Origin: Mobula hypostoma
Lineage: Eukaryota
Direction of reading: 5' to 3'
DNA length: 64,000 nucleotides
NCBI RefSeq assembly: GCF_963921235.1
Contig: NC_086109.1
Location: 37,636,001 to 37,700,000, forward strand
Shown here: piece by piece, positions 25,521 through 39,680 of the stretch
Layout: each line of letters begins with the position of its first letter
Position numbering within the stretch: the stretch's first letter is position 1
The notes under the pieces: model-generated
Database searches by the model: none
What the model saw: the letters and a program-made list of their open reading frames with translations, nothing else
What the model was told of the DNA's origin: nothing
Program-made: the position numbers and the translations under genes

Positions 25521-27078
25521 TAGTTCATTAAGCATTTAAGAAAGTGTTAGATAGAGTGTTAATGAGATTGAGAGATATTGGATAAAACAGGAACAGGCTA
25601 CTGTGTTTGGTGATCATCATCAATTTCATTAATTGGTAGAGAGGACTGAAGCACTAAATGGCTTCCTTTGCTCCTAATTTATGTGTTTCTAAGGAAGATC
25701 CTGTTGGCTTAGCTGGGACATATAGACAATAGACAATAGGTGCAGAAGTATTTATGCTTCTTTCAAAGTGAAATTTGGATGTTTGGGTTAATGAGGTAAA
25801 AATTGAGTCCATGAAAGCAGCGTTCAGGCCAGTTAATCTTTGCCCTTTACTTCATATCCTACCACCTTCAGCACCTTTAATGTACTTAGTTACTGGTTTC
25901 ACAGCGAGAGAGGCTGCCATGTTGCAAGCTGCCTGTAGGCAATGGTTGAGTTTGCCATTATTAATCCGAATTTCATAATAACTTGAGTTTCTCACCAAAG
26001 ATTTTGTGTGTGCAGTCTGATACACTCACTCTACACCTGCTGAAGTCTACATAATCTCAAAACTGCTCCTATTGTCTTCTATGCTTTTTATGTGTCCTTA
26101 TATGTACAATATTAACAATATGAAAAGCAGGGAACTTTAGAAATGTAGAGGGGAAGCAAATTGAAATCTGTTACCCTGAGGCATGTCACACGAGAAGAAT
26201 TCATAGATTCTCTAAATATTATTAATCAAAAATTACCTCTTTCAATAAGCTATCAATGAATGCTTGGATATATTAAAGGATGGGAAATGCTGTATATAGC
26301 CTGGACATTAATGTTCTGTGTACGGAAAGCGCTTGTTATTTGTTATGTTCCTGCTTCCAATTAGCATAAAACTAAAACTGATGTTATCGTCAGTGGTTAA
26401 ACGATAAATATCTGGAAGTAAATGTGGCAAGTTGCATACATCTGAGCTAGCAAATACAGGTGCAGATAAATTCATTTTGTCAGTAATAATGATGATTTCA
26501 GCTTCCTCAATGCCACAATGGTATAAATTTTAGAGGTAATGTACAACATGCTGATGTGAGCATATAGTCAGTAGATAGTGTGTTTATTGTGACTGAATTT
26601 CTAAACAAATGTCCTTAAAGTAATCTAATTTGAATTGCTATGACAGGCATAAATAGGAATTAATATTTATATTTGTTTATACACTGTCTCTTCTCTGAAG
26701 TAATGGCCACTTTCATCACTCTTAAAATGGTCACTCACTGACTAAGTTACATTTTGGAAAAAATAATGTAACCATTAGCTGCTTTATCTTAATTTTGAAA
26801 TATTCCATTTTCAGTTGTAGATGATATTGAAATGAATTCCATATATTTCTGCTGCTGTTCAATTTTATTACTTGTTATATCATTATATCAGGGCAACTCG
26901 TCACGGAGGATATTTGAAAACAATGCATTGGTTTTATTCTAGAAACAGTACATGGAAACACTTGACAGATCCAGATTATATAAAGGAGAAAGAAAATTGC
27001 TACTGAATGACAAAATAATTACTGGAAGTGCCAATTGCTGAATTTATTACTCTAACTTGACAAGCAGTCAGAAAAATA

Positions 27079-28412
27079 CAGTGAATTTCAGTTAATTGAG
27101 CCATCAATTAATCGGAGAAGCCGCTTATTTGAGACAAAACTTATAAAGAACAAAAATTAATCTAGAAAACAGCAGGGATCCCTTTCGTTTATTTGGAACA
27201 CTATGCTGCTTAATTGGAGCAGGAGATTGTTGCTGAACAATTTGTAACTAGTACTACTCACATGCATGCTGTGAGGCAGTTAGACACTATTCCGTGCTTA
27301 GAGTGAACAGTTTTTTAAATGGTGTCAGTTGTGTATGTTTGTGTTCAAAAAGCAGTGATTTTTGTCACTGATAGTTGGAAAGAAATAAACAGTAAGACAA
27401 TTTAAAATTGTTCTGCTCATTGAGGTTTCAAGCATTCAGGCATGGAGATGCCAGAAACAGCTAGGAGTGTAAATGAAATGATTGCACTACTTCAGCAAGT
27501 TAGGAACTATGAAGAATTTGAAGGTGTCAACAATCATCTTGAATGTTACAATGACAATGAAGATTTGGCAGATACATTTGTTGAAAACATTGTATGAAGG
27601 CATTCCACTATCTGCACTAGGTGTCTGCACTGACTTTGTTCATTTGCAGTCAATCAAAAGATCATATTTATTGTCGGTCAGATCCAATGATGATAGTGAT
27701 ACCTGTATGGGAGAGTTTTTAAAGTGGAAAAACAGCTGCACTTGGACAGTTCTACTCTCTCGACTTTGGAAGTTCAGTTCCAGTGGTATGAGTAGTCACA
27801 CAGACTGGGTTCTTCCTTGGTTGTAGTGGATAACCATGACTTCCTCTGTGCCTTGTCATGCCCTTCGCCTTCCATGAAGCATTGCAGAACCACTTTCTTG
27901 GCCATTGGATCTCACTGCTAGAACAGGCATGTACCTAATTCACTAGGGTATGAAGCCCACTGCATCACCTCATCTGTGGTTTATCCCACTTATTGAATCG
28001 GTGTACTCGAGTGTGGCTGCGGTCGCCTGCAAACAGCTACTTGGAGCCACAGGTGAGGGCTGAGTGTCTGGTGGGGATCAAAGTTAAGTGAGCTGCCCTG
28101 GAATGGAAATCACAAGCTCTTTCACCAGAGGTGCTACCCTCCCTGGACACCCTATACATGGCAGCATGAACTGGATGAATTCCAGTTGATAACTATTAGG
28201 GATTAACACACCGTTTTACACACTGCAGTAGGATTGATAGTGTTCTAATATGTACTGTATTTTATTTAAATAAATAATTTGTAACTCAGCTAAATGGTAG
28301 TTTGACATTTTAAAAAACTGATTGCCTGTGAAACGTCGGTTAATTAGGACAGCCACTTAATTGCGCCAAAACATACTGGCCTCAATATGTCCCATTTAAC
28401 CAGAATCCACTA
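27079..28412. mobile_element. Tigger/pogo-type non-autonomous DNA transposon containing a nested repeat (~27690-28160)
   Basis: TA|CAGTGAATTTCAGTTAATTGAGCC ... GTCCCATTTAACCAGAATCCACTA|TA imperfect TIRs. Confidence 0.65.
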
Positions 28413-28419
28413 TATTGTA

Positions 28420-28760
28420 ATAGCACACAAAATGCTAGAGGTACTCAGCATGTCAGGCAGCATCAATAGAAAGGAATAAAGAGTCAACCTTATGGGTTGA
28501 CACCCTTCCTCAGGACTGTAAAGGAAGGGAGAAGAAGTCAGAAGAAGAATCAGTTGGGGTGGGGGGAAAGGAGAAGGTGTACAGGCTGGAAGGTGATAGG
28601 TGAAGCCAGGTGAGGGGGAGGACAGTGGGTGGAGGGGAGTGGGGTATGAAATGAGAAACTGGGAGGTTATAGGTTGAAAAGGTAAAGGGCTGAAGAAGAA
28701 GGAATCTAACCGGAGAGTGGATCCTGTGAGAATGGGAAAGAAGAGGAGAAATGGAAAATG
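28420..28760 (-). mobile_element. Penelope-derived 3' repeat with degenerate hammerhead core
   Basis: Reverse complement reads AGTC-CTGAGGA-AGGGTGTCAACCC-ATAAGGTT-GACT. Confidence 0.75.
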
Positions 28761-28937
28761 TTGCAATACTTATTTTATGATATGATTATATTAAAGATCA
28801 TTTTAGCACATTGGAACACTATTTGAAATTATATTAAGTTTTGTACACAACATAATGTAAGCTTGTGAGTAAGGCCATGTGTTCTGTTATTCAGCTAGAA
28901 TTGTGTTTTATAAGCAACAGTAAATGAAAATACTTAC

Positions 28938-29009
28938 AATTTTTTTAATGATCGTAATGAGGCAAAGGCATCAAAGTGAATGACTGCTATATCATTCCAA
29001 CTAAGATCC
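28938..29009 (-). CDS. LGR6: LGR6 LRR exon 14, 72 nt, DLSWNDIAVIHFDAFASLRSLKKL
   Basis: atcccag|G...TT|gtaagt; LDLSWN LRR. Confidence 0.94.
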
Positions 29010-30139
29010 CTGGGATAGAAACAAATATTTTTATCAGCTAAAGCTCTAAGACATAATTTGAGATGCTCTATTGTCAATGCAATTTTCAATAAACATATGA
29101 ATTAAATAATACTTCCATGCAGAATAGAATAATATTTCATTAAATTCTGCGTCAAGAACTTGCTGTATTTAATCATTAAAGATGAATTTTATTGTCACAC
29201 TCTCTTGAATTAACCTTAATCAAAATACCACAAGGAGGCCTGAGAAAATTAGGGTTGGCAGTTGTAATGTAATGTATGGATAGTCAGCTGCAAATCATTG
29301 AGTTATAATAGCACATTATGAAACCGTGTGACTTTTACAAAACATAGAAAATCAACTTAGATTGATTCCAAACCATAATGATTTTTTCACTCACAGACTT
29401 TAATGAGATGAAATCTGATTGGATGTCCACTGAAAGCTTGCTGTTCTTTGTTTACCAAATGATCTGGCATGCTCTGGACTGAGGCCATTCATTGATTATC
29501 AGCAAATAGATAAGTCAAGTTACTCACTTCCACTGGTATGTCAGTCATGATGGAATGGCAGATCAGACTCAATGGGCCGAATGGCCTAATTCCGCTTCTA
29601 TGTCTTATGGCCTTATGGAATTACAGTATGTTATACTTGGTCAACCTAGCAGACATTTCTCAGCTGTATCTTTTCTTGGGATCTTGAATAGAAGGGGATA
29701 ACTACACTCACTTGCCCCATCATTGAAATGTTCCTACAAGGACTTTAAGGACTCTTTATCTCATTATCTCATGTTCTTGTTATTTGTTACTCTTTATTTA
29801 TATTTGCATTTGCACATTTTGTTGTCTTCTGCACTCTGGTTGATCTTTTATTGATCATGTTATAGTGACTATTCTATAGGTTTGCTGAGTATGTCCACAA
29901 GAAAATGAATCTCAGGGTTGTATGCGGTGACGTATATGTACGTCAATAATAAAATTTACTTTGAACTTTGAGTGGTCTCAGAAGTACTAGCTCCCAAATA
30001 AGGACACAGCTAGGAAGCAACAAGTTGTCCTTGTAAAACATCTTGAGTGGCAGATATAGAGAAAAAAAACACCACTCATCCAGCTTTACCTGTTTTACAT
30101 TGCATGATTATCACCCTCACTGAGCACATACACACACAT

Positions 30140-30580
30140 GAATTGAAAGCAGGTATGGGCCATTCTACCCCTTGAGCCTATTCTGCCATTTGATAAGATC
30201 ATGGTGAATCTGATCAAGCCTCTTATACCCAGTAATTTTTCATCTGTTTGCTTAGGAAGACTCTATCCACCTTTCCCTTAAAATTATTCAAAGAATGTGT
30301 TTTTACCACTCTTTGAAAAGGAGAGTTTCAAGGATCACAACACCTTAATAGAAAAACATTTCTTTATCTCTCTTAAAGGGACTACCTCTTAATTTTAAAG
30401 ACTGACACTCAAATTGAGATTCTTCCACAAGAGGAAAAGTCCTCTCCACACCCACTCTGTAAAGGCTGTTGAGGGTCCACTGTGCTTCAGTCAAGTGCAC
30501 TCTCACTCTACTGAACTTACGCAGATAGAAGCCTAGCATGTTTAATATTTCCTCAGAAGGCAAACCTCCCATTCCAGCTG
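30140..30580 (-). mobile_element. Old CR1 3' fragment
   Basis: ORF 30345..30572 resembles the CR1 C-terminus. Confidence 0.65.
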
Positions 30581-32383
30581 TTTGCTTATCATTATCCTTC
30601 CCTGACAGCTAGCACTCTTCTCTGCATTTCTCATTCCAGTCTTACATCTATTGGACTTACTTCCCACCCCCTTAATAGTTCCAATTTGAGCCAGCAACCA
30701 CTATTCTTCCTGTGATCTTGTCACCCCTTAGAAAAACAATTGCACCAATAATTATCAGAGGAGCCTAGATCACAAAAATGGGAAGCTACCTACCAATGCA
30801 CAGACCAGGAAAATTAACCTCCCATTTCAATAGCAGGATGCAGGTCAGAAGTTGGCAATTTGGTGGTTGCAAAGGAACCTGTGATTTAGCCACCTTCGAT
30901 AGAAGGTGAAAAATTATATTTCAGGCAATTTGGCCTGAAATCATTTTTTCTCAAATCCATGTGTATGAAGTAATTGGAGGTACTGCCTGTTTGTTGATGC
31001 AGTAAAGTGATAAACTGTATTTTTCCCAAATAAATGAGTCCTGATCCAAAATATGATCATTGTGAAAATGAATTTAGTGATGTATCAGTTCCTATGTACT
31101 TTAAGCATAAATGAGTTATCACTGAACAATACAAGCTGTCTCTTACTTTCTCTTTGGGTAGTCTCTAAAACATGGTCTTGGGGAGAAGTAACGCAATAAG
31201 AAGTTGCTACAATAATGTTTTTTTCTAGTTTTCATTGCAATCAGAAGTAACATTGTTCAATCATGATTGTGTGATGGAAGCAGCAAATATTTTGCAATGA
31301 GAATAGCAGAAAAATCTGTCCTCTTACCCATTCTTGGTGTTCTGTAAATGAAAAACACCGTAAATTTACACTACAATTTAGCCTGTTCAGCCAACTGTGT
31401 TCCAGCAATACTACCCAACCTATCTCCATCATGCAATGTTCAGGCCTTTGGCATGTGTGCAGATAATGAGAGAACCCTGTGCTCAAAATTATCTCCATTC
31501 TGTTTGCAGTCCCTTCACAGGAAATGAAGGTATGCAGCTTATAGGTTAATTATTGAAGATATTTCTGCCAGTTTAACGTAATTGACATAGGATTGAGCTC
31601 TAATGGAGATCTCATAGTTAAGAAACCACGAAACTAGTAAGTGATATTTATGAATAGATTATGTCTGATAAATTGACTTTGTTCTTGAATGACTTATTGC
31701 TCCAAAGAAAGTGTTTCACTTTTCTTTTAAGGGGGGAAATTGGTTTGTTATAATATGGTCATCATAAACTGGATTGTGTTCTTTGTTGGTCTCTGGGCTT
31801 ACATGAATCATATGAAATATATAAGGAATAATTTTAGAAACTCAGTGAAACAGTTTAATAGGGCTTGGTGATTTGTAACATAAGATGCAGATGATCTATT
31901 GTCTGCTAAGGGTTAATGTTTTGTAACTGAGGGTTACATCTGTGAGAAAAAGTCACTTTCCCACAGAGCTTGTTGAATCAGGACAATGAATACAAAAGAA
32001 GCAAATAACTATGAACAAAGTTTATTTACTGCTGCAAGTTATGGTATTTCACGCTGGAGGCATAATCTTTTTGTCTTTTCTAATTGTTTATGACTGTTTA
32101 TTGCAGAATATAGGCAAGGTAAGTTATAGCCTTGACAAAACACAACTAAAAGTCAGTATTAGGATGCGATTTCTTGTCCTCATAACAAATGTTGAAAACA
32201 TCTGTTACAAGAGCAATGGACGCTACACCTACTGAGAGCATTCACAAGCATCTTATTTTATATGACTGCCAGCGCAATTGAGTTCCAAGTTGGTGCCTGG
32301 AATCAGGTTTCTATCTTATCAGCAGAACAGTACAAGTTCATTGGGGAGGCTTGCTTCAGGAAAGAATGCAAAATGCTACTCAC

Positions 32384-32455
32384 AGAGATCGTAGAGCCAT
32401 TAGTTGTTGAAATGTGTCAGCTCTGATTTCAGTGATTCTATTGTGCTGTAGGCCA
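32384..32455 (-). CDS. LGR6: LGR6 LRR exon 13, 72 nt, GLQHNRITEIRADTFQQLMALRSL
   Basis: cttttcag|T...CT|gtgagt; IGLQHNRI motif. Confidence 0.95.
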
Positions 32456-33469
32456 CTGAAAAGACAAACAGTACAATGAGATCAAGGTTGCAAGACATCA
32501 TTCTTGTTTCAGAGGACAGAGAGGGAGAAAAAAAATCATTCACTTTGGCATGAGAAAAGACAAAACATAACGGAAGTGGTTTGTATCAAATGTTCATGAA
32601 GTGGCTTAATGTTAAACAGAAGATAACTTGCCATTATCTGATTTTTGAATCAGTTTTCTTTTCCAATTTCCGCCTGAGGGCACCGACCCATGCTGGGATA
32701 TGTCTCCTTGGGTACCAGTTACCATCTGGTACCTCCCCCAAGAGGGATTTCTTTATATGTAAAACCTGAGATCAGGTCACCAGGCTATTTTGTTATGGGA
32801 ATTATTAAAATCCAGGCTGATTCTGTTCTCCTCTGATATCTGACACCCTTCAGGGAAGTCCACTAGCTTAGAATCACCAGGGGAACAGCAGCCTGACTCC
32901 ATTTTCTCTTGACCAACAACACTGAGGCCACTTACATTATGATTATCATTCCGAGGATCTCTTTGCATCCTTACAGCCATTCCTCTCAATTCCAATGAAA
33001 AGAGGCACTGGTCCTGCACCAAGTGCAGGATAACCTGTCAGATTTGCCACCTTTTCCCCACTGGAACTGTAGGCAGTGTCTAGCAGCTCTTCTATTCCTC
33101 TCTGAGAATCCTGAGTTTGGAACCATGCAAGCAAGAAAATGTCAGCAGTCCTGTGTGTATTTGACTCCAAGTCCAGCACAGTGTATTGTCTTGAATTGTT
33201 TAACGTTGGCCGGTTTCACATCATCACTTGAAGCTCTTTCCCGACTTTGATATTGATTGCCCAGCTATATTTGAGGATACCTCTTACTGTTCGCTTTGTA
33301 CTACCTTGAATTGTAATGCTGAAACAGAGTGCTGGCCTCTTATAATGTATCCAAACAAATGCAACCTCTTTTATTGGTTACCTTCCAAAAAATAACTTGC
33401 TGGTTCCAATTTCTGCATGGTTGGTTCCAATTTCTGGACGACTCCTTGAACCAGTATTAAATATCTGAA

Positions 33470-33770
33470 TTATTTATTGAATGATTTTTTTTGGACATAC
33501 AGCGTGGAACAAGCCTTTCTGGCCCACCTGCTGTACTGCCCAGCAATGCACCTATTTAACTCTCATCTAACTTCCGGACCACTTACAATGCTCAGTTAAC
33601 CAGCGATTGGTAAGTCTTTGGACTGCAGTAGGAAACGAGAGCAGCTGGAGGAAACCCACACAGTCATGGGGAGAACATGCAAACTTCTTACATACAGCAC
33701 CAGAATTGAACTCCAAACTCTGATGCCCAGAGCTGTAATAGGTTATACTAACCACTTTGCTACTCTACCA
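33470..33770 (-). mobile_element. tRNA-derived V-SINE/HE1-like SINE
   Basis: Reverse complement contains the CTCCCCATGACTGTGTGGGTTTCCTCCAG core shared with 59185-59478. Confidence 0.75.
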
Positions 33771-34569
33771 TGATTCCCCTATCTATGTAGATACCTCTCC
33801 AAGCAACAGAATTCAATCAGTTCAATTTTCAATATCGCAGAACTGAGTAAACAAGTGATGCAACCCTATCTTCAGAGAGTAATTGCTGGTAGCCTGATTG
33901 TAATTGGCTTTGTTCAATGGCTGGTGGCAATGATTCTGGTCTATACTTTCGGACATTAAATTTTCTGCATTAATAGGCCTTAGATACTCATAACTTGTTC
34001 TTCTTTCTATTTTTTATTGCCACTTTACAAATGAACATTGATCTTGGAGATTGTCATAACTTTTTTTTTCTCAATAAGTATTTCAATTCTATTGCTCTTT
34101 GAATTTTTGTCCAGTCTTTCTCATATATTTTTGAAGCTTGTCGGGTGTAACTTTTATCAGTCACTTGTCAAAGGAAAAACTCCAGGTTGTTGATCTTCCT
34201 TACCCTGACTGAACATTATTTACTTGAAATTATTAAAAGCCTGAAAGATCTTCTACAGAATGGCAAGTTATAGGTCAGGGAAAAATGAATTGATGGATTG
34301 TTCCTTCCCTGGTCTTGTTTCATCCTTGAGCTGTTTCTGTAGGCTAATGTTGTAACTTCTAGACAATCAATACTGTCCTTCCATTCTTAGGTGCTCTCAA
34401 CCAGGGGATATAAATGTTCTAGCATTCTGGACTGCAAAATACATTTTTAAAACTGCAAGGTATTTGTGTGAAACAGGGGCAAATAAAGCTTCTTTATGAA
34501 ATGTTCATTCTAACAAGAACGTTCAATACAGCATAGATTATTACAGAATCATAAAGTATAAGAACTTAC

Positions 34570-34635
34570 ATTTCTTCAAGCTTCTGGCAATTGTGGAAAC
34601 TTGGTAATATATGAATTCGATTGTATGATAATTCC
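34570..34635 (-). CDS. LGR6: LGR6 LRR exon 12, 66 nt, ELSYNRIHILPSFHNCQKLEEI
   Basis: ttacag|G...AT|gtaagt; CQKLEEI motif. Confidence 0.94.
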
Positions 34636-35239
34636 CTGTAATAAAAGGAAAAAAGGAAGAGACAAAAACAATTATTTATTTAATTCTGGTTTGCAATGAA
34701 TTGTGTAAATTTAGGTTACTGTGAATTTCAAAATTGTGTGGTTTAACTGCTTAGAAATGAGCTAAATGAGAACTTGTTTTGAAATCAAATGGTCATATAA
34801 CATGTATAGAAGAGGGAAAGGTGAGGTAACTTCCAGGGCCAGATACACGGAGAATAATCAGCTGACAGAGGAGACATTTCAGAACTCTTTAACTTTATAG
34901 GTAGAACTTTATTTAGGAAAACGTAGGTCAAACTGGAAATGTAAATGAGATTTTTGAATAATGGATTTATTTTAGAGATTAGTTTTGTAATGGAAATCTC
35001 CAAAACTGGCTGCTATACAAATTAGTCAAAATTAATTAACATTGATGAATTAACATCACCTTGTGTGTAGAACTCAGCATAAGTTAAAAATAATGTAAAT
35101 AAATTTCAGTGAAATAGTGAGCTGCGTTGATTTATACCAAGACAGTAAGCTGAAAATTTACTCCAGTTAGCACTTTGAAAAAGTTACATCAGATTGGGGG
35201 GGGGGTGGGAAGAACAGAGATTTGGATAACACTGGGTTC

Positions 35240-35830
35240 AGAAGCTTAGATTGTAATTTACACAATGTCAAATTGGATTGGGAGATAGTTCAGAAATTCT
35301 ATAGCAATTCTGTAAGATATAATAATAGGAAAGGCACTTCTAGAGGCAAGTTAAATAATGCCTAAAGAATGGAGAAAGATATAGACATTCTTCATGATTA
35401 TTGATATAATAGCTAACGACAAATGTAACGGCATGTGAGTCTTTATAGGATGTTTCAAGAACTGGAGAACATGAGTTAAGAGGAATAACTGGATAGGCTG
35501 GGACTGTTTGTCCAGAGCAAAAATGACTGTGGGTTACTCTTTCTTCCAAGATTAGGAAGTAAAACACTAGAGGGCATAGTGTTAAGGTGATGGGAGAAAG
35601 ATCCAACGGAGATCTGAGAGGAAGAACCTTCACACAGGCTGGTTTATATATGGAACAAGATGCCAGGAGAAGAGCTAGAGATGATACAACTACATTATAA
35701 GAACATTTGAAAGGGAATGTGGATAGGAAAGGTTCAAGGATATGAGTCAAAGAGACTAACTTAAGCAGTGCGTTAGTCAGCATGGACATATTGGGCCAAA
35801 GGGCCCATTTACATGCAGTATAACAACGAT
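35240..35830 (+). mobile_element. Old CR1 3' fragment
   Basis: Degenerate TRGHSVKV..GDLRG-coding segment and GGGCCAAAGGGCC tail. Confidence 0.6.
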
Positions 35831-36704
35831 TCTATCAATCAATAAATGGAAGCAAAGTCCCTGGGAAATAATTGTATGTTATGTTAAGACATTCGAATCT
35901 CTCTAAATTGTTGAGATAAGATGAGTCAAACATATCTTCACAACTCAAATTCTCTTATCATTTTTGGCATATATATTTGCATTAATTCAAGAGATGAATT
36001 GGGGGAATTACTTCAAGTTTTACTGCCAATAATGGGGAAATAATAACTACATTAGCAAATCCAAATGCATCAGGATGTACACACACTCACAAAAGAAACA
36101 TTACTGCGCAAAAAATGCCTATTAAACAAAGACATAGACAATAATGTGATGAATTTGAGCTATACTCTATAAAGACCATCCAAGTATCATTATCTTGAGT
36201 ATTATGGGTTTTCCAATAAGAATGTGAGTTACTTTCTTCTTTGAGAGTAGCACTAATGTACAATAAATTAAAGGCGTTTAACAGATGGTCTATAAAACAC
36301 TTCCATTATCATAGAAGATAGTTGTTAGCCCTCTCCTGTATACTTTAAGATTACAACATCTTGTCCTTATGCTTTAAAATCAAGTATGTTTACTTGGAGT
36401 CAAAGCATATTTTCACATTTCATAATTTGATAGAAATGAACCAAAAGAGCTAACTGAAATACCAAAATGGATAAGTGTTTACAAAAATAATTACAGAGAA
36501 AAACACAGAGGATTTCAATAAAGTGGAACACATTGGTACATTTTGGCCCAAGTGAGAGGCTACACCAATCAGACAAAGTTTCGTGGAAATAGTTAAAAAA
36601 GGTATAAAAAAAAGACAAACTGCTATTTAACTGAGTAACAAATGATGCATTTAAGTGAAATACAGAACAAATTAGAACACTACCAATACTACTGGAGCTT
36701 GTTC

Positions 36705-37125
36705 ATCATATCTGACGATGAGAGGAAACCTGTGAGGGAGTTTTTAAAGTGGAAAAGCCATTTGATTAGGGCAGTTCCACTCTCTCGACCTCAGAAGTCC
36801 ACGTCCAATGGGAGGAGTAGATATCACAACTATGATCTTCCCTGGTTCTTCTGTGCCTCATCATGCAATCCACTCTCCACGTCGTTTTGCAGGACCACCT
36901 TCCTGGCCATTGGATCTCATTGTAGATCACATTTGCCTAGGCCGCCAGAACTGACTTCACATGCTAGGACAGGCATGTCTCTATCTCACCAGGGTATGAG
37001 ACCTACTGACTACCCTCATCTGGTTTAGCCCGCCTGTTGAAGCAGTGTACCAGGTGTGGCTGCTGTTGCATGCTACCAGGATTCACTCAGGTGAGAACTG
37101 TGTCTGGTGGGGGACCAAAGGTAAC
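36705..37125. repeat. Dispersed repeat, second copy of ~27690-28090 (possibly RTE-related)
   Basis: Shared GAGTTTTTAAAGTGGAAAA...CAGTTC.ACTCTCTCGAC...GGCCATTGGATCTCA blocks. Confidence 0.7.
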
Positions 37126-37875
37126 ATTCAAGCTGATTGTCGCTATCTTCCAATTCTGAACGCTCAATCAACTCTTGAATGCACAAAATAACATCACCCT
37201 TTAGTTTGATGTGTTAACTGGGAAATGCATATAGCGCTAACCCCAGTCAGGTGGCTTTGAAAAGTAAGAGAACTAGCAAAAAAGCACGTTGAAAAAAACG
37301 GTGCTTTTCTGGAATAATACATAAAAACTTTAGCTAAAGTATTCCTATAGTGCTACTTGCAATGCTTGCAGCGACTGTACCATTGCCACCAAGGGAATTG
37401 TTCACAATTTTGGCACTTGTACCCCGGGTAAATATGCCCATGACAATAAGCTTGAGACTTAAGGAAATGGTTCCATGGCCAATATTGAGAAGATACAGTG
37501 AAATTGCCATTCAGGAAGGAGACAATGTGGAGAAGGGAGAGCACGTAACTTCAGTTGGTCCACCTTGTGATCATTTACTGAGAACAAGTCCTTGTCCACT
37601 TATACCTTAATAATCACTTCCTGAACGCGAACTAGCCCAACAAGGTCCACCTGCTATTCTTTTGACATTAATCATACTGATGGATCATATTCGGACTGTC
37701 TACTTCTACTTCTAACAGGAATCTGGGTTAGGGCCTCAATTATATATTACTTATACCACTAACTTAAATTAAGATGTTGAATATTCTAATGCCAGATTTG
37801 CTAGCATTACAAAGACAGGTTGAAGAGTTAGTTGGGAGGAAGGCACAAAGACTCTGTACAAGGTTATATCGTAAA

Positions 37876-38533
37876 ATTAGATTAGATTAGATTAGATTAT
37901 GAGAACACGCAGTCCTCTTTTATTGTCATTTAGTAATGCATGCATTAAGAAATGATACAATTTGTTCCTCCAGAATGATATCACAGAAACACAAGATACA
38001 CCAAGACTAAAAAAAACTGACAGAAACTACATAATTATAACATATAGTTACAACTGTGCAAAGCAATACCGTAATTTGATGAAGAACAGACTATGGGCAC
38101 GGTAAAAAAGAAGTCTCAAAGTCTTTCGAAAGTCCCATCATCTCATGCAGGCGGTTGAAGGGAGAAACTCTCCCTGCCATGAGCTTCTAGCGCCGCAAAC
38201 TTGCCGATGCAGCATCCTGGAAGCACCTGACCACAGTCTGACTCTGAGTCCGTCCGAAAACTTCGAGCCTCCGACCAGCCTTCTGACACCGAGCACCGAG
38301 CACCATCTCTGCCGAGTGCTTCGACCCCAGCCCCGGCAACAGGCAATAGGCAAAACCGAGGATTTGGGGCCTTCCCCTCCAGAGATTCTCGATCGCACAG
38401 TAGCAGCGGCAGCGAAGCGGACATTTCAGAAGTTTCTCCGGATGTTCCTCCGTGCTTCTCACATCTGTCTCCATCAAATCAGGATTGTGCACGGCCCCTA
38501 TTTAACAAATACCGCCATCTTCTCCTCCCCTCC
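37876..38533 (-). mobile_element. CpG-rich ~660-bp non-autonomous retroposon inserted in an old CR1 (~37700-39170)
   Basis: 5' end GGAGGGGAGGAGAAGATGGCG; 3' (TCTAA)n tail at 37876-37899; CR1 remnants on both sides. Confidence 0.65.
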
Positions 38534-39544
38534 AAGACTAAGCGGGAGACAAAATGTTGGTAGATGGAGGGAAATGTGCAGTTATGCACTTTGGTGGGAA
38601 GAAGAAAAGACAGCATAATATTTAACTGACCATCAGAGGGATCTAACAGTCTTGGCCACAAAATACATTTTAACTATAACATATAATAACTAATGAAGGA
38701 AAATAGATTTTGGCTTTTATTGAAAAGAATTAGTTGCGATAAAAGTAGGGAAGAAGAAGACATTGTTGAAACTACACCTGGAGGACTATGAAGAGTTTTG
38801 AAATTCTTATTTAAGCAGGATATACATGCTTTGAAGTAATTTAAAGAGAAATCATCAGGTAGACTCCAAGAAGATAGAGTTGGCTTCCGATGTGACGTTG
38901 AGCAGGTAAGGCCCATACTCACTGGGATTAACAATATTAAAACCCTGAAGGTCTTAGAGTAAATGTTTAGAAAACATTCCTGTTTGTGGGCAAACATAGA
39001 ACCAGAGAGCACCTTTCAAAATAACAGATAGTCCACTTAAGTTGGAAACGAGGATAATTTTCTTCTCTCAGAGGATTATGATCCTTGGGACAGTCTAAGC
39101 TGGAGAGCAGTGAAGACCAAATCATTCAACAAATTCAAGGCTAAATAGGCAGATTTCTGGTTAACAAATAACAGTGCAAAGGAGAAAATGGTGGAAACAC
39201 CTGGAAGGTCAGCCACATCTATGGAAAGGGAAAACAATTTAACATCTCAGGCTGAAAACGGAATCTTAGTGAATGGCTGAGCTAATTTGAGGAGTAACCC
39301 AACCCAACCTAACCCAACTATTTTTACGTTCAACTGCTGACTACCCAATTTCCCTTCCAGCTTGCAAGCTAAAAGACGGGTAAATAATTTGCTCCCTTCA
39401 GGTACTTATCCTCATTCCTTCCAAAATTACCTCCCTTCTCCAAATTCCTTGAATTATTTCCCACAACTTAATGTTGCTAATTTGTCTTCAGTTTTTGCTG
39501 CAGCACTAAAGTAAATTAAAACTGAGATCCTCTGCAATTGGAAT

Positions 39545-39680
39545 AAGTCCTGAAGAAGGGTCCCAGCGCAAAACACCAATTGTTTATTCATTTCCATAGA
39601 TGCTGCCTGGCCTGCTGAGTTCCTCTAGCGTTTTGTGTGTGTTGCTGTGAATTTCCAGCATCCGTAGTATTTCTTGTATT
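39545..39680 (+). mobile_element. Penelope-derived short repeat with degenerate hammerhead core
   Basis: AGTCCTGAAGAAGGGTC...CCATAGATGCTGCCTGGCCTGCTGAGTTCC. Confidence 0.75.
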
